A DNA stretch of 64,000 nt from Azolla caroliniana (GCA_043228905.1 JBHGNT010000008.1:8432001-8496000); one strand, 5' to 3'; shown: positions 17,707 to 31,760, counted from the stretch's first letter. Numbers and translations are program-made. The notes: generated from the sequence alone by a model not told the origin.

Positions 17707-18209
17707 TGTCATGAACACATGACCATTATAGCGTCACCCAGACTTGAACCTCGAACCTTGTAATCCATACTTGTAAACCTCAACCATTAAGATAGCTTAT
17801 TGTTATATGAAACAATAAAAGCTACTTCTTATATTACATTGATTATTGTAAAACCTCTAGATTATTCTAGAATGTTCTAGAATGTCCTAGAGCATTCTAG
17901 GTCTAGAACATTCTAGAACATTCTAGAAATCTCTAAGCTATTCTATAGGAGCCTATAAATAAGGGCATACATGTATTCTCAAATCAATTCGAATCAACAC
18001 CAGTCTTTAGCTCTCATTACATATCTTGTATCCATTCTCTTTCTTTCTCTATCTTATACATCCATTCTTCTCTTAGTATTTTGTTCCTTTCTTCTCGTGT
18101 TCTCTAATATCCTTCTTCCATCACTCTACCTTTTATCATTGGTTCTGACAGTTTGATTCGAATTCTCTCTCTCCTCTCTCTCTTCCTCCTTTGTAACCAT
18201 CTTGAAACC

Positions 18210-19356
18210 ATGGCTGCCATTAACTCAAAAGAATATCTCGCCCTTGTTGCAGAAATGGAGAACCTTAAATCCAAGTTCGCATCTCTTGAAGTAGAGAATC
18301 AACGTCTACTTGGGGATCTACAAAAGGTTACTATAGAGAAGCAACAACAACAAGAGGAGTTCACGCGACGAGTGCAACAGTTAGAGTCGACAATCGTAGT
18401 GTTACAACAACAAAGGGTTGAAGGTCAAGGACTTATCAAGGAGCCCAAAATTAGCCTCCAAGCTAAATTTGATGGGTCGAGGGCGCATTTCCGAGGTTTC
18501 TTGAATCAAGTACGGTTGGTGATTCAAATGCATCCCGCGCGTTATCCAACAGATGCATCACGAGTCGGGCTAGTGGGCACCTTATTGACTGGCATAACGT
18601 TGTCGTGGTTTGCTCCATTGCTAGAGACCAATTCTCCTCTATTGAATAATTTCGAGGAATTTATCAAGGAATTTAAGGCTTGTTTCGGAGATACTGATGG
18701 GGCGAGAACAGCTATCAACAAGATTCGTACACTTCGTCAAGGTGATCAACCAGCTTCGACATATGCTGCCAATTTCCGTCTCATCGCAAGCGATATTCCT
18801 TGGGATGAACAAGCCCTAATGGAGCAATTCCGTTCAAGCCTTCGTAGTGATGTCAAAGACTTACTTCTTACCTTCCCCGAGGATCCAAGATCACTTACAA
18901 AAGCTATTGGTCGAGCAATACGGTGTGATAATCGCCTTTTTGAGCGTCGATGTGAGCGACAACAACAAATAACAAGATCAAGATTCACACCAACTTATGC
19001 ATCAGTAACGGCGCAATCATCCCCAAGGCAAATGTATAGTCCTGCTCCATCTCCAAGGCAAACATGTAGTCCAGTCCCAATGGATAGTCCTGCACTCATG
19101 GAGATCGATATGAATCAACGACGAGGACTGTTGTCAGACGAAGAGAAGCAACGTCGTCGAGCAAACCACCTATGCTTATATTGCGGAGGTCCAGGACATA
19201 TAGCCATTCATTGCTCTCGTAGGCCGAGACGTCAGGTAAATCAAATTCACTATGACAATAAAAATGAGTCCAACATTTTAGAAGTAGTTAGTGAATCCAC
19301 CTTTGTCTAATAAATTTGAAGTCCAAAGCCAATTAGAAGAGGAGTCAAACGAATAA
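18210..19356 (+). pseudogene. G1 gag (PEG10/Ty3-like capsid with CCHC knuckle)
   Basis: EPKISLQAKFDGSR, LRQG, MEID and CLYCGGPGHIAIHC. A small deletion relative to G2 causes a premature stop at 19310. Confidence 0.9.
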
Positions 19357-22300
19357 GTCCGGCCAAAATAGGAGCCATTTGGTTGGACAACCCTAGATAT
19401 GTACAACCCAGTGTGGGTTCCATTTCTTCCAAGCATGTCAGTGGAGTCTTCTCAGCCCTAGTACAAGTTAGGACACCCATTTGTCAACTTCAAGTCCAAG
19501 CCCTCTTAGATACTGGAGCCAATTCTTGTTTCATGGATAGAGATTTTGCCCAAAAACACCAAATATCCTTGCATACACTTCCTTGTCCAGTTTCCGTAGT
19601 AGTGATTGATGGATGCCCGATAGCTTCCGGGAAGATATTTGAAGAGTATGAGCCAATACACATACTCTTGGGTGATTTAGGATGTGTAGTTTCCTTTAAC
19701 ATAATCTGTAGTCCTGAGCATCCAATTGTCCTCGGTTTGCCATGGTTCAAGCTACATAACCCTAGAATCGATTGGAGGAAGCGAGAAATTAGGTGCCCTT
19801 TAGTAGAAAATATCATTGTCAAGGATCGAACTTGGGATTATCCTCCTAAAGTATATAGTTCTACCGATGCACCATATCCTTCTCATCAAATTTCAGCCAT
19901 CACATTGCAATAATTGTGCCAAGTGGGAGGCAAGGAGGACCTTTTCTTATTGCAGTATCAGTGACACCTTCTAGTGTCACTCAAGGGAATTCAGACATCC
20001 AAATTCCCAAAAAATATCAAGACTATGCTGATGTTTTCGAGAAAGTCAAAGCTAGTGTTCTTCCAAAGCATCGGCCGCACGACTGTCCTATTGATCTCCA
20101 ACTAGGAAAAGAGCCACCGTGGGGTCCGATTTACAATTTATCACCCATTGAGCTTGAGGTTCTTCGAGAATACATCGAGGAAAATCTTGCACATGGGTTT
20201 ATTCGACATTCAAAGTCTCCAGTTGGTGCTCCTATCTTTTTTGTGAAGAAAAAGGACGGCTCCCTTCCTTTGGTCGTGGACTATTGAGGCTTAAATAAAG
20301 TCACCATAAGGAATAGGTATGCTTTACCTTTAATCTCCAATCTCTTAGAACGCATTGGTGGGGCAAAGCATTTTACCAAAATTGATCTAAGGGGTGCATA
20401 TAATCTTGTTCGAATTCGGCCGGGAGATGAGTGGAAAACAACATTTCGTACTTGGTATGGTCATTTTGAGTATACAGTCATGCCTTTCGGGCTCACAAAT
20501 GCACCTGCAGTATTCCAACATATGGTAAATGACATCTTCCAGGATTTCTTGGATAATTTTCTAATCATCTACCTAGATGATCTATTGATTTACTCTAAAA
20601 CACAAGGGGAGCATGATATACATGTGCGGCAAGTACTTGAATGCCTAAGGAAGTATGGTCTTTATGCCAAACTTGAGAAATGCAGTTTTGATTGCAAACA
20701 AGTTGAATTTTTGGGATACTCTATTTCATCCCAGGGTGTTTTCATGGACCCAACAAAAGTCCAAACAATATTGGAATGGAAACCCCCATGCTCAGTTCGG
20801 GATGTCCAGTGTTTCCTCAGATTTGCGAACTTCTATCGCAAATTCATACATAATTATTCAAGCATTGTGTTGCCCCTTACTCAACTCACCAAGAAAAATC
20901 AAGCATTTTTTTGGAGTATCGAAGCGGACAAGGCTTTTACGCAACTGAAAGAGGCATTGACATCAGCACCCATCCTAGCACATATTGATCCTGAAAAGCC
21001 ATTTACTATTGAGGCAGATGCATCGGACTTTGCATTGGGGAGTATCCTATCGCAACCAGGCGAGGACGGGCAGATATATCCAGTCGCGTTTCAGTCGAGA
21101 AAATTTACTGTTTCGGAGATAAACTATGAGGTGCATGACAAGGAGTTACTAGTTGTGGTCGACTCATTCGAGCAATGGCGTCATTTTCTAGAAGGATCAC
21201 CTCATCAGATTATCATTTATAGTGATCACAAAAATCTCACATATTTTCAAACAGCTCGAGTATTAAATAGACGCCAAGCTCGGTGGGCCCAATTTCTAAC
21301 GCGTTTCGATTTCAAGATCATTTTTCGCCCCGGAAAACAAGGGAAAGTAGATGCTTTGTCTCGGCGTTCGTATCTAGCACTTCGACATGGAGATCCGGCC
21401 TTTGACAATCAAAAGCAAATTCTCCTCGGGCCATCAAAGCTACAGGTAACAACAATTTATGCCACGCCACTTGATTCTACCCTTCTTGACACTATTCGGC
21501 AACAACTTCATTCAGATGATTTCGCTAAGGATGTCTTAGCCCACTGTGGTTCAAGTCATCCATCTTGCTCCACATTGCCAGGGTCATCTCAACATTATCA
21601 GGACTTCAAGTGGCAAGATGGCTTACTCTTCTACAAGAATCTCCTTTACGTCCCCGACGGATCACCCCGACTTCAAGTGTTGGAACATTGTCATGATGCC
21701 CCCATGGCTGGACATTTTAGTATTTCCAAGACCATTGAGCTGGTGAAACGTTCGTTTTGGTGGCCTCACTTGCAAAAATTTGTCGAAGATTATGTTCGCA
21801 CTTGTTGTCGCGCCAAAATACCTCGGCATCACCCTTATGGCTTACTACAACCATTACCCCCTCCCAACAAGCCATGGCGGTCTATTTCTATGGATTTCAT
21901 TACGGATCTGCCACCTTCCAAAGGCTTTGATACTATTTTAGTAGTAGTGGATCGGTTCACCAAGATGGCACATTTTGTACCATGTGTAAAGACCATCAAT
22001 AGTGAAGAAACTGCAGATCTCATTATGCGTGAAGTGTTTCGCCATCATGGTCTCCCGAATGATATTATTACGATCGAGGTCCTCAATTTATCTCACACTT
22101 TTGGAAGCACCTATGGGCAAGCCTCAAAATCTCTTGCAAACTCTCTTCGGCTTATCATCCCCAAACTGACGAACAAACAGAGCGCACAAATCAAATGCTC
22201 GAGCAATATCTTCGATGTTTCATTAGTTATCAACATGGAGTAATATTTTACATCTTGCCGAGTTTGCATACAACAACACGGTCCACTCTTCTACCAAAGT

Positions 22301-23006
22301 TACACCTTTCTTTGCCTACATTGGCAACCACCCTCGATGGTGTATACTGGATCTTCCTGAGGTGTCACGAAACCCTAGTGCGGCGCATCACCTCCACCGA
22401 CTACAACAAATCCAGTTCGAGTTATCGTCACATCTTCAGAAAGTGCAAGCACACCATAAGACCAATGCCGATCGACATCGTCTTAAGTCTCCGTTTAAGG
22501 TTGGTGACCGTGTATGGTTGCTTCGTCGTCACATCAAGACTACCCGACCGTGTGCTAAGCTTGACTATCAACGCTTAGGTCCTTTTGTCATCACGACGCA
22601 GATTAATGATGCAACATTTCTTCTTAACCTTCCTGCACATATGCGGCTTCACCCTATCTTTCATAGCTCTCATTTGGAACCTTGCTGCACCTCTTTAATT
22701 CCTAATTGTGTCGTGTCACCACCACCTTCTGTACAACTTGTGGACGGCCCTGAATACGAGGTAGCTGCTATTCTCGATTCTAAGATTGTGCACAATAAGC
22801 TTTATTATCTAGTTGATTGGCTTGGCTGTCCTCCGAGTGATCGCACTTGGGAACCCATTGATAACGTTTATAGAGCTTTAGTTTGTAATGCTGAAGCTCT
22901 GGTCAACGACTTCCATCGTCACTATCCAAACAAGCCCGGCCCAACAATGTTAACGCCGACTTCTACTCGGCGTTCTCGAAGGAGTGATAGTGTCATGAAC
23001 ACATGA
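19351..23006 (+). pseudogene. G1 pol (protease, RT, RNase H, integrase, chromodomain) with stops and frameshifts
   Basis: [47 protein letters not shown] and chromodomain EYEVAAILDSK...YYLVDWLG...TWEP. Confidence 0.93.
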
Positions 23007-23434
23007 CCATTATGGCATCACCCGGACTTGAACCTCGAACCTTGTAATCCATACTTGAAAACCTCAACCATTAAGATAGCTTATTGTTATATGAAACAAT
23101 AAAAGCTACTTCTTGTATTACATTGATTATTGTAAAACCTCTAGATTATTCTAGAATGTTCTAGAATGTCCTAGAGCATTCTAGGTCTAGAACATTCTAG
23201 AATATTCTAGAAATCTCTAAGCTATTCTATAGGAACCTATAAATAAGGGCATACATGTATTCTCAAATCAATTCGAATCAACACCAGTCTTTAGCTCTCA
23301 TTACATATATTGTATCCATTCTCTTTATTTCTCTATCTTATACATCCATTCTTCTCTTAGTATTTTGTTCCTTTCTTCTCGTGTTCTCTAATATCCTTCT
23401 TCCATCACTTTATCTTTTATCCTTGGTTCTGACA

Positions 23435-24570
23435 GGAATCGGCCAGAAGGGTCTTGAAGATGGCCAATGAAGGTTGCGTTGATCATCTGGCAGAAGAACC
23501 CTGTCGTCAGGTACGAGTACAACGAGTACATGGCGCATCATTATGTGTACATGAACAAAGTGGCATAGATATGCGATTCGGACAGCTACACAGAGGCGGC
23601 ACAGGATGCCAAATGGAGAGCGGATATGGAGGAAGAGATGCATGATCTGATCGACAATGAGACATGGAACCTCATTGATCTCCCTAAAGGAGTAAAGATG
23701 ATCGGATGCAGGTGGGTGTATACGGTAAAATATAATGCCAACAACTTGATCGACTGGTACACTGCCCAATTGGTGGTTAAAGGCTACGTGCAGACACACG
23801 ACATCGACTATGATGAGACATTTGCGCCGGTCGCAAAGATGACGACCGTCCGTGTGTTGTTGGCCATAACAACAACAAAGGGGTGGCATCTACATCCGAT
23901 GGATGTAAAGAATGCGTTCCTACAAGGCGAGCTTGAGGAACAGGTGTACATGGTTCAACTCCCTAGGTTTCTATCTGAATTGAACACATTGACAGTTTGC
24001 CGACTAAAGAAGTTCCTCTACGGACTGAAACAAGCCCCCTGACCGTGGAACACAAAGATTGCATCGAATGGGGTTTCAGTTGTCGAAATTAGACCCTTCC
24101 TTGTTCATTCGGCAAAGTAGAACTGAACCCGTTAGCATTCTGCTATATGTCGATTATTTAGTCATTGTAGACGCCTACATGGAGGAAATCGGCCAAGTCA
24201 AGTCTCAGCTAACGACATCATTCGAGATGAAGGATTTGGGATACCTTCATTACTTCCTTGGGATTGAAGTGATTTGAAATCTCGAAGGCATATTGATCAA
24301 CCAACGCCATCATGTGCTGAATATGCTCTTCAAATTTGGCATAACGAATTGTAAAACCGTCTCGAGTCCTCTTGACAAGAACATCAAGCTTCGCCTCGGA
24401 TCGGGGTCGACTTGTGACGCAACACGGTTTCGACAAATTGTCGGAAGTTTTATATACTTGACCATCACCCACCCGAACCTCAGCCATCTGGTCGGTTTGA
24501 TCAGTAAATTTATGTCGTGGTCGACGTCCGACCACGTTCAGTGTATGCATCGAAACTTACGATATGTGAG
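23435..24570 (+). pseudogene. Copia A1 reverse transcriptase remnant
   Basis: [41 protein letters not shown] and LLYVD. Confidence 0.9.
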
Positions 24571-27500
24571 TGCAAAGAATAGCATGCGGAAGCTTGTAGA
24601 CAAACCGGCTCAGCTGGATTACAACAATAAAATAGAGAGTGAAGGTTTAATGGAAGCTTAAGAATAGATAATACATAGGAGAGATAGAGAGAGCAAAAAG
24701 CATGAACTCAATTCAAAATAATAACACTTTGTGTATACAAATGTCCTATAGAACACTTTTTATACAAGTCCTTAAAAGGACTGACAAGTACTTCAATGCT
24801 CATACGAGCGACTGGCACTGACTCCCAAAAATATGCCTATGTACTAGGCTAGATTCGTAGGCCTATAACGGCCTACCAGTTACAATCCGATCCGTCTCTC
24901 TGATCCGGCTCTTGGTTCTGGATACCTATCCGAACACTGGTTCTGGACACCTATCCGGCTCTGCTTATTCAACCGATCTGGATCTGGTTGAGTTTGTCCG
25001 CTCAACACTCCCCCTCAAACTCAACTTGAGGTCGGATCATGGTGTTAGTGTTAGTGTTTGCTGGTCCTTTCCTTTGGCTCCACCTGGCGTTCTCCCGCCT
25101 GGCTCACGCTCCTCTTCCGGTCCATTTCTGCTTCCCGTGACGCGTCCGATTCCGCACACCTCAACCTTCTTGGTTGGCTTGTCTGCTCATAAGGCCCTTC
25201 TCTGCTCCTTCGTTGTTGTGACCTCAACGACTCTCGACCTGTTGGTCCCTCCATGTCGGTGTCGACTTCTGCTGCCTCCTTGTCTGTTTGGCCTTCTGTT
25301 GATTAGGCTCCTCCGAATTGAACTCCTCTTCTGAATTGGCTGTCTCCAATTCTTCAACCCTCAGGCCCTTCACCACGTTGGACCATGTCCAAATCTTGGC
25401 CTTCTTGTTCCGGTCGGCTCTGTCCTTCTTGAATCTACCCCCGCCATTGTTTGTTATGACTTTATCGGATGTGCCGACTTCTTCAGTCGACTTGAATTCC
25501 TTTTTCTTCTTGTCTCCCCCTGCTTCGTTTGTTTCCTTTTGTCCTGCAGCTTGTCTGATACCTTTGCTTGTTTTTCTAGTCTGTGTTCCGGTTCTCACCG
25601 TATTAGTCCCGGTTCTCCCCCTCAAGTGCGGCACGTCGAGATGATCAAGACCAAGCAACTCCGAAAAATGTTGGAACTTGTCCAGGCCGAGAGGTTTGGT
25701 GAAGATGTTGGCAACTTGTCGATCCGTCTGGACATACCAGAGTTCTACTTCACCACTAAGGACCCGCTTGCGCAGAAAGTGATAATGCACTTCTATGTGC
25801 TTCGTTCGAGCATGGAACACAGGGTTCTTGGCTAGCTTCATGCTACTCATGTTGTCGCAATAGATTGGGATCAGGGTCGGTACTTCGATCCAAAGGTCTT
25901 GCAGCAGCAGCCAAAGCCAAATGGCTTCACAGGTGACAATAGTAGCGCCCCGATACTCAGCCTCAGTGCTCGAAAGAGCCGCTGTCGGCTGCTTCTTGTT
26001 GCTCCACGCAACAACCGTGCTACCTAGAGGGAACATGTAAGAGTAAGTGGACCGACGATCTGATGCATCACAAGCTTGCTCTGCATTCGTATATCTGACT
26101 AGCTTTTTCGGTTATACCGTGTCGGTATAATAGTCCTCGATCCTTAGTGCCGCTAACATACGTCTGTATTGGGTGCACGCACTGAAGGTGCTCCATGGTT
26201 GGCTTCTGCAACTGGATAGCTAATGTTGGGTTGGGTGATCGTTAAATAAATAAGGCTTCTGACAATTTGTCGAAATCGTTTCTCATTGCAGGCCGCTCTG
26301 GAGTCGAGATGAAGCTTTAGGTTCCGGTCCAAGGGAGTGGAGACTGGTTGGCAATCCGTCATGCCAAACTTGTACAACATATTCAACACATAATGTCGTA
26401 GAGATAACAATATGCCGTCAGGGATATGGATCACTTCAGTCCCGAGGAAGTAATGAAGGTCCCCCAAGTCCTTCATTTCGAAAACATCTGACACTTGGGA
26501 CTTCACTCAACCGATTTCAGCAAGTCCGGGTCGATGATGACTAGATCATCTACATATAATAGGATACATACCGTGGCCCGTCCAAACCATTCCGGATTAA
26601 CAATGAAGAGTCCAACTTTGAGGCCGCAAACCCCATCTTACGCAACCGGTGTGTGATCTTCAAATTCCAAGCACGAGGGGCTCGCTTCAGACCATAAAGC
26701 GACTTCTTGAGTCGGCACACTATCGACTTGTTCATCTCCGACTGAAATCCGAGGGGCTGGATCATGTAGACCTATTCTTCCAGATTGCCTTGAAGAAACA
26801 CATTCTTCATGTCCATTTGGTGAAGATGCCACCCCCTTTCCGCAGCAACCGCTAGCACCACATGAACCGTCATCATCTTCGTTACCGGAGTGAAGGCCTC
26901 GTCGTAGTCGATTTCGTGGGTCTGCACGTATCCTTTGGCCACTAGCCGGGCCTTATACTAGTTGAACGAACCATCAACATTATACTTTACCTTGTACACC
27001 CACTTGCAACTGATCGGTTTGCAATGTCGGGGAGGGTCAACCAGGTCCCATGTGTCATTGGCGTCGAGTGCCCGCATCTCTTCTTGCATAGTGGCATGCC
27101 AATGTATGTCCCTTGCTCCTTCTGCGTAGCTCTCCGGCTCACGCACTTCCGCCACTTTTGTCATGTATGCATAGTGATGCGCCATGTACTCATTATATCC
27201 GTACCTCTTTATGGGGTTCTTCTGGTAGGTGGATCGACGTAACTTCTCGTTAGCCGATTTCAAGGGCCTCTTGGCCGGATTGAACTTCGTCTCTGAGGGT
27301 CCATCTTTGTTCTGTTCATAGTCAGATTCACTTCGATCCGACTCGTCTCTGCCTGTGGCGTATTCCAACATCTTCCTCTTCCCCTTTTCTTTGCGCGTGA
27401 ACCGTCTCCTCAGTTCCTTACATGGGGAAAAGCATGACTAAGTCTCCACTATCCACTGGCTCTTCATCTGACTGGTCATTCCGACTCAGTCACTCATTCG

Positions 27501-30451
27501 GCCCACTTACCCGGAATGAGATCAGACTCTCATCGAGAGTACCGAATCCTTTATCATCTTCTGCCCGGATCGGTTTGGCATCACTGGCCACATCTTCTGG
27601 AATCGGGTTAGAGTCGAACATCAGAGCCGGTAGAGAGTGCCATCATGTCAACTCATCAAATTCGACATCTCGACTCACTCGAACTTGTTTTGTTCGGGGT
27701 TTATAGCACTTTTAACCCTTTTGCTCATGTGAATAGCCGACAAGGATGCACTTCTCCATCTTCGGGTCTAGCTTTCTTCGCTTCTCATCCGACACATGCA
27801 CATATGCAATGCTACCGAATATCTTAAGGTGACTTAAATTCGGCTTTTGCCCGAAATACAGCTCATGTGTTGACAACTTATCTCCGATCTGGTTTTGGAT
27901 GTAGACGGCCATCTAGACCTCTTCAGATTGTAGAACTTGGGCATGCTCTTCTCTACATGCATTGCTCGTGCCGCCTCCACAATTGACCGGTTCTTCCTTT
28001 TGGCCACATCGTTTTGTTATGGTGTGTATCGGCAATTGAATTCCCTCCGAATTCCGTTCTTCTATAGATAACTATTGAATTGGCCGGAAAAGTATTCTTT
28101 TCTGCCATCTGACTACAGACACTTGATCTTCCTCTCCGTTTCCCGTTCCACAAGACTTTGCAGGTTCCAAAAACAGTCGAAAATTTCGCTTTTCCTTTTG
28201 ATTAGGTAGATCCATGTGTGTCGGCTGTAGTTGTCGATGAAGGAGATGAAATATCGGCTCTCGCCAAGACTAACGTTTTGTGCCGGTCCCCATACATCTG
28301 AATGTATTAGATCAAGCTTGTTACGGCTCCGATTTCTTTCGGTGGGGAATGGAAGCTAGTGTTGCTTCCCGAGTTGGTAGGCTTCATAAATTTGGGCCTC
28401 CCGGCCACTGAATTTCGGCAATCTGGAAACAACTTGTTTCGATTGCAGGTCTTGAAGCCTCTGATAGTTGACGTGGCAAATCCTCTTGTGCCACAAGTCG
28501 ATATCCGACTCGACTTTCTGTCCTTTTGCGAACAAGACGGTGCTTACGTCATTGGTGTCGAGGATGAACATCCTCCCGTTTCGGTGCCCTTGCACGGTCA
28601 TCCGACCCTCTTCCTCAATGAAGCACCCGAGGTGCGTAAATCGTACCTGCATCCCTTGGTCGACGATCGACCTGACCAACACTAGGTTCTTTGGGATTGT
28701 TGGGACGTGAAGCACATTCATAAGCTTCCCTTTTTGTCCAACATGACTCAAGGGAACTTCTCTCAAATGCACGATTGGGTAAGGAGTGTCATCTCCGGTT
28801 TCGACAACTCCCGGTTGCTCCGACTTTTCCAGATACGAGAACCACTCTTCGTGGCTCATCATGTGATTAGACGCTCTGGAGCCAATGCCCCACAGTTCCT
28901 CCGATCCGGAAGTGGTCTTCTTCATCGAGTTTGCCTTGTGCTTCATCACAAAGGATGGCCCTTTTCTAGTTTTACTGGATTCAGATCCTTCCGATCCTTC
29001 TGCATAGTGCGAGCTTTGTCGGTTGCCTTGTCTGGCCTTGCCGGATCAGGATTTATCCAAATCGGCGCGCTTCTTCCAACACTCATTCTCTCGGTGGCCC
29101 TTCTTGCCACAATACCAACATTCCGTGTTGGCTTTCGATTTCCGGTTTCTGGCGCCCCCTTGACTCGCCCTGCTTGTGGAGGGTCCGGAATTGTTGTTGG
29201 CACCATCCTTTTGCTTTCGGTTCTGCTCTTGTCGGCTGCTTCCACCACGTGCCGATTTGCCTTGTCCGCCACGACTAGGGCGCCAATCCGCCTCCATGTA
29301 TAACATCTTGCTGTCGGTATGCGTGCTCGTCGAAGCACACGTGTGGTTCTCCTCTACAAGGAGCATTGTCTGTAAGTTGAAAACCGAGGGTGTATTCTCC
29401 CTTGTACAGACTGCCGTTCGGAATGCTCTGAACTTCGACGACAGGCCCCCGAGAAAAACTTGCAACATCTCATCTTCCTCGATGGTTACATTGATAGAGG
29501 CAAGTGAGTCACATATGTCTTTGATCCGGGTTGTGTAGTCGACCATCGACAAGTCCTTTTGTCGGACATTGCTTAACTCCTGTCGAAGTTGCAGCTTTCA
29601 GGCCGTGGTTCAGCGAATAACTTCTTCGGGTTGCCCTTGCTTCCTTTGGCGTCTTGGTGTCCCAGATATGGCTGAGCATCTGATCATCGACATTGGACGC
29701 AAAGTAGTACATAACTCTGCTTGCCACTTGTTCCCAGGTCGGGAAGTCCCCGTGTGCCGCATCAGGTGCCATATCGTTAGCTCCGTCAACATTACTCATG
29801 TAACCATGCCCGAGCAGGTATTGGTGCATCTTGTATGACCAAGATGCATACTTGGATCTGTCGAGCTTCTCTGTCGGGAGCGAGCTAGCCGTTCCTCGGT
29901 CCATATTTTTCTTCTGTCTGTTCTTTATCGGGTGTTAGGATTTGTCTTCAGAAAACGTTTGTTGGCTGTAGAGGTTCTCAACCCTTGCGCTTTGATACCA
30001 TGTAAAGAATAGCATGAAGGAAGCTTGTTGACAAACCAACTCAGTTAGATTACAACAATAAAACTGAGAATGAAGGTTTAATGGAAGTTTAAGAACATAG
30101 AATACACAGGAGAGATAGAGAGAGCAGAAAGCATGAACTCAATTCAAAATAATAACACTTTGTGTATACAAATGTCCTACAGAACACTTTTTATACTAGT
30201 CGTTAAAAGGACTTACAGAAGTACTGACAAGTACTTCAATGCTTATACAAACGATTGAGACTGATTCCCAAAAATATGCCTATGTACTAGGCTAGATTCG
30301 TAGGGCTCTAATGGCCTACCGGTTACAATCCGGTATGTCTCTCCGATCCGGCTCCTGGTTCCGGATACCGATCCGATTCTTCGTTTCGGACACCGATCCG
30401 GCTCTGGCTTATTCATCCAATATGGATCCGGTTGAGCTTGTCTGCTCAACA
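24571..30451 (-). mobile_element. Copia A2, full-length degenerate element inserted in A1
   Basis: LTRs at 24571-25007 and 30001-30451. PBS (reverse complement cgctttgatacca) at 29988-30000. PPT ctccccctcaa at 25008. TSD GTGAG/ATGAG. Broken gag-pol at ~29904-25224. Confidence 0.93.
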
Positions 30452-31476
30452 ATGAGCGGCACAAAGAATAGAGGGTTGTTATATCGGGCAGGTGTAGTCA
30501 AACAACTAGTCAGCTACACAGATGCCGATTGGGTCGGAAGTTTGGGTGATCGCCGATCAACATCCAGATACGCTTTCTCCTTAGAGAGTGTGGCGGTGTC
30601 CTGGTGCATCATGAAGTAGCTGACAGTTGCACTGTTGAGCACTGAGGCTGAATATAGAGGAGCGGCTATCACTACATGCGACACCATCTAGCTGAAGAGG
30701 CTATTGAAGGATATACGGGTGGAGATGTTTGATCCGACGGTGATCTACTGTGACAACCTCAACAACATCTAGCTAGCGAAGAACCTTGTCTTTCATGCTC
30801 GAACGAAGCACATCGAAGTGCACTATCACTTTGTACGCAAGTGTGTACTCTTTGGTAAAGTAGAATTACAATACGTTCCGACTGATCGGCAGGTGGCCAA
30901 TATCTTCACCAAACCTCTTAGACTCGACAAGTTGCAACAATTCTCGAGTATGCTTGGTCTACAACACCTTGACATGCCAAACTTGAGGGGGAGAGTAGGA
31001 TCAATTGGACAAGCCGAATTGGAATTGGTTGAGGAAACCAAATCTGACCAGAGAACAAATGGAAGAAATTCGGCTAAAGGAAGAGCAACCGGTTGTAGGG
31101 GGAGTGGAAACGAGATAGTAGGAGTCGGAGCCAACCGAACAAGGGGGAGGCAGGGCCGAGAGAGGCAAGACAGGTGGCTGAGCCAAGAAGGGCAAAGCCA
31201 ACCTAAAGATGAAGGCCAGGATGAGGACATGGTCGTATGTGGTGAAGGGTCTGACGGAGAATGAATTGCAGACAACCGATCCGAATGAGAGGAGTGATTC
31301 GGACAAGATAAATCATGGAAAGGCCAAACAAACTAGAAGGTAGCCGAAGACGATGCCAAGGCAAGAGAGCCGACGAATCGAGGGGCGCCGAAGCTACAGA
31401 GGCAAGAAGAAGGCTGACGAGGGCCTTAGGAGCAGACAAGCCAATCGAGCAAGTCGAGGAGCGTGGGACCAGACGG
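30452..31476 (+). pseudogene. Copia A1 RNase H and 3' internal region
   Basis: YTDADW, STEAEYRG, HARTKHIEVHYHF and ANIFTKPL. Confidence 0.88.
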
Positions 31477-31760
31477 TGTCGCAGATTTCCACGTGGATGT
31501 GTCGGAACGGGGCGGGACCACCGGGATCTTGGACCAACGAGCCGGTGAGGGAAGAAGCGTTAACCGGACCGGCGTTTGGTTACCTCTTGCCGGAGCGCTG
31601 ATCCGGAGTTGGTAAGGAAGAGGGATTATTCGGATTGGCACGCGTGATCGGTATCCTATTCGGTCCAGATAAGTCTCCGGATGCCTGACGTCGGGTGAGC
31701 ACACATGCTCCGGAGTTGCACCGGACAACGGGCAATGAACTCACCGGGCTCACACACTGA

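Larger units (their letters stand above)
17707..23434 (+). mobile_element. Gypsy chromovirus G1 (Tcn1-like), full length but degenerate
   Basis: 444-bp LTRs at 17707-18150 and 22991-23434 (TGTCA...TGACA, about 12 differences by eye). TSD GTAAT/GGAAT. PPT before 22991. Domain order gag-PR-RT-RH-INT-chromodomain. Confidence 0.95.
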
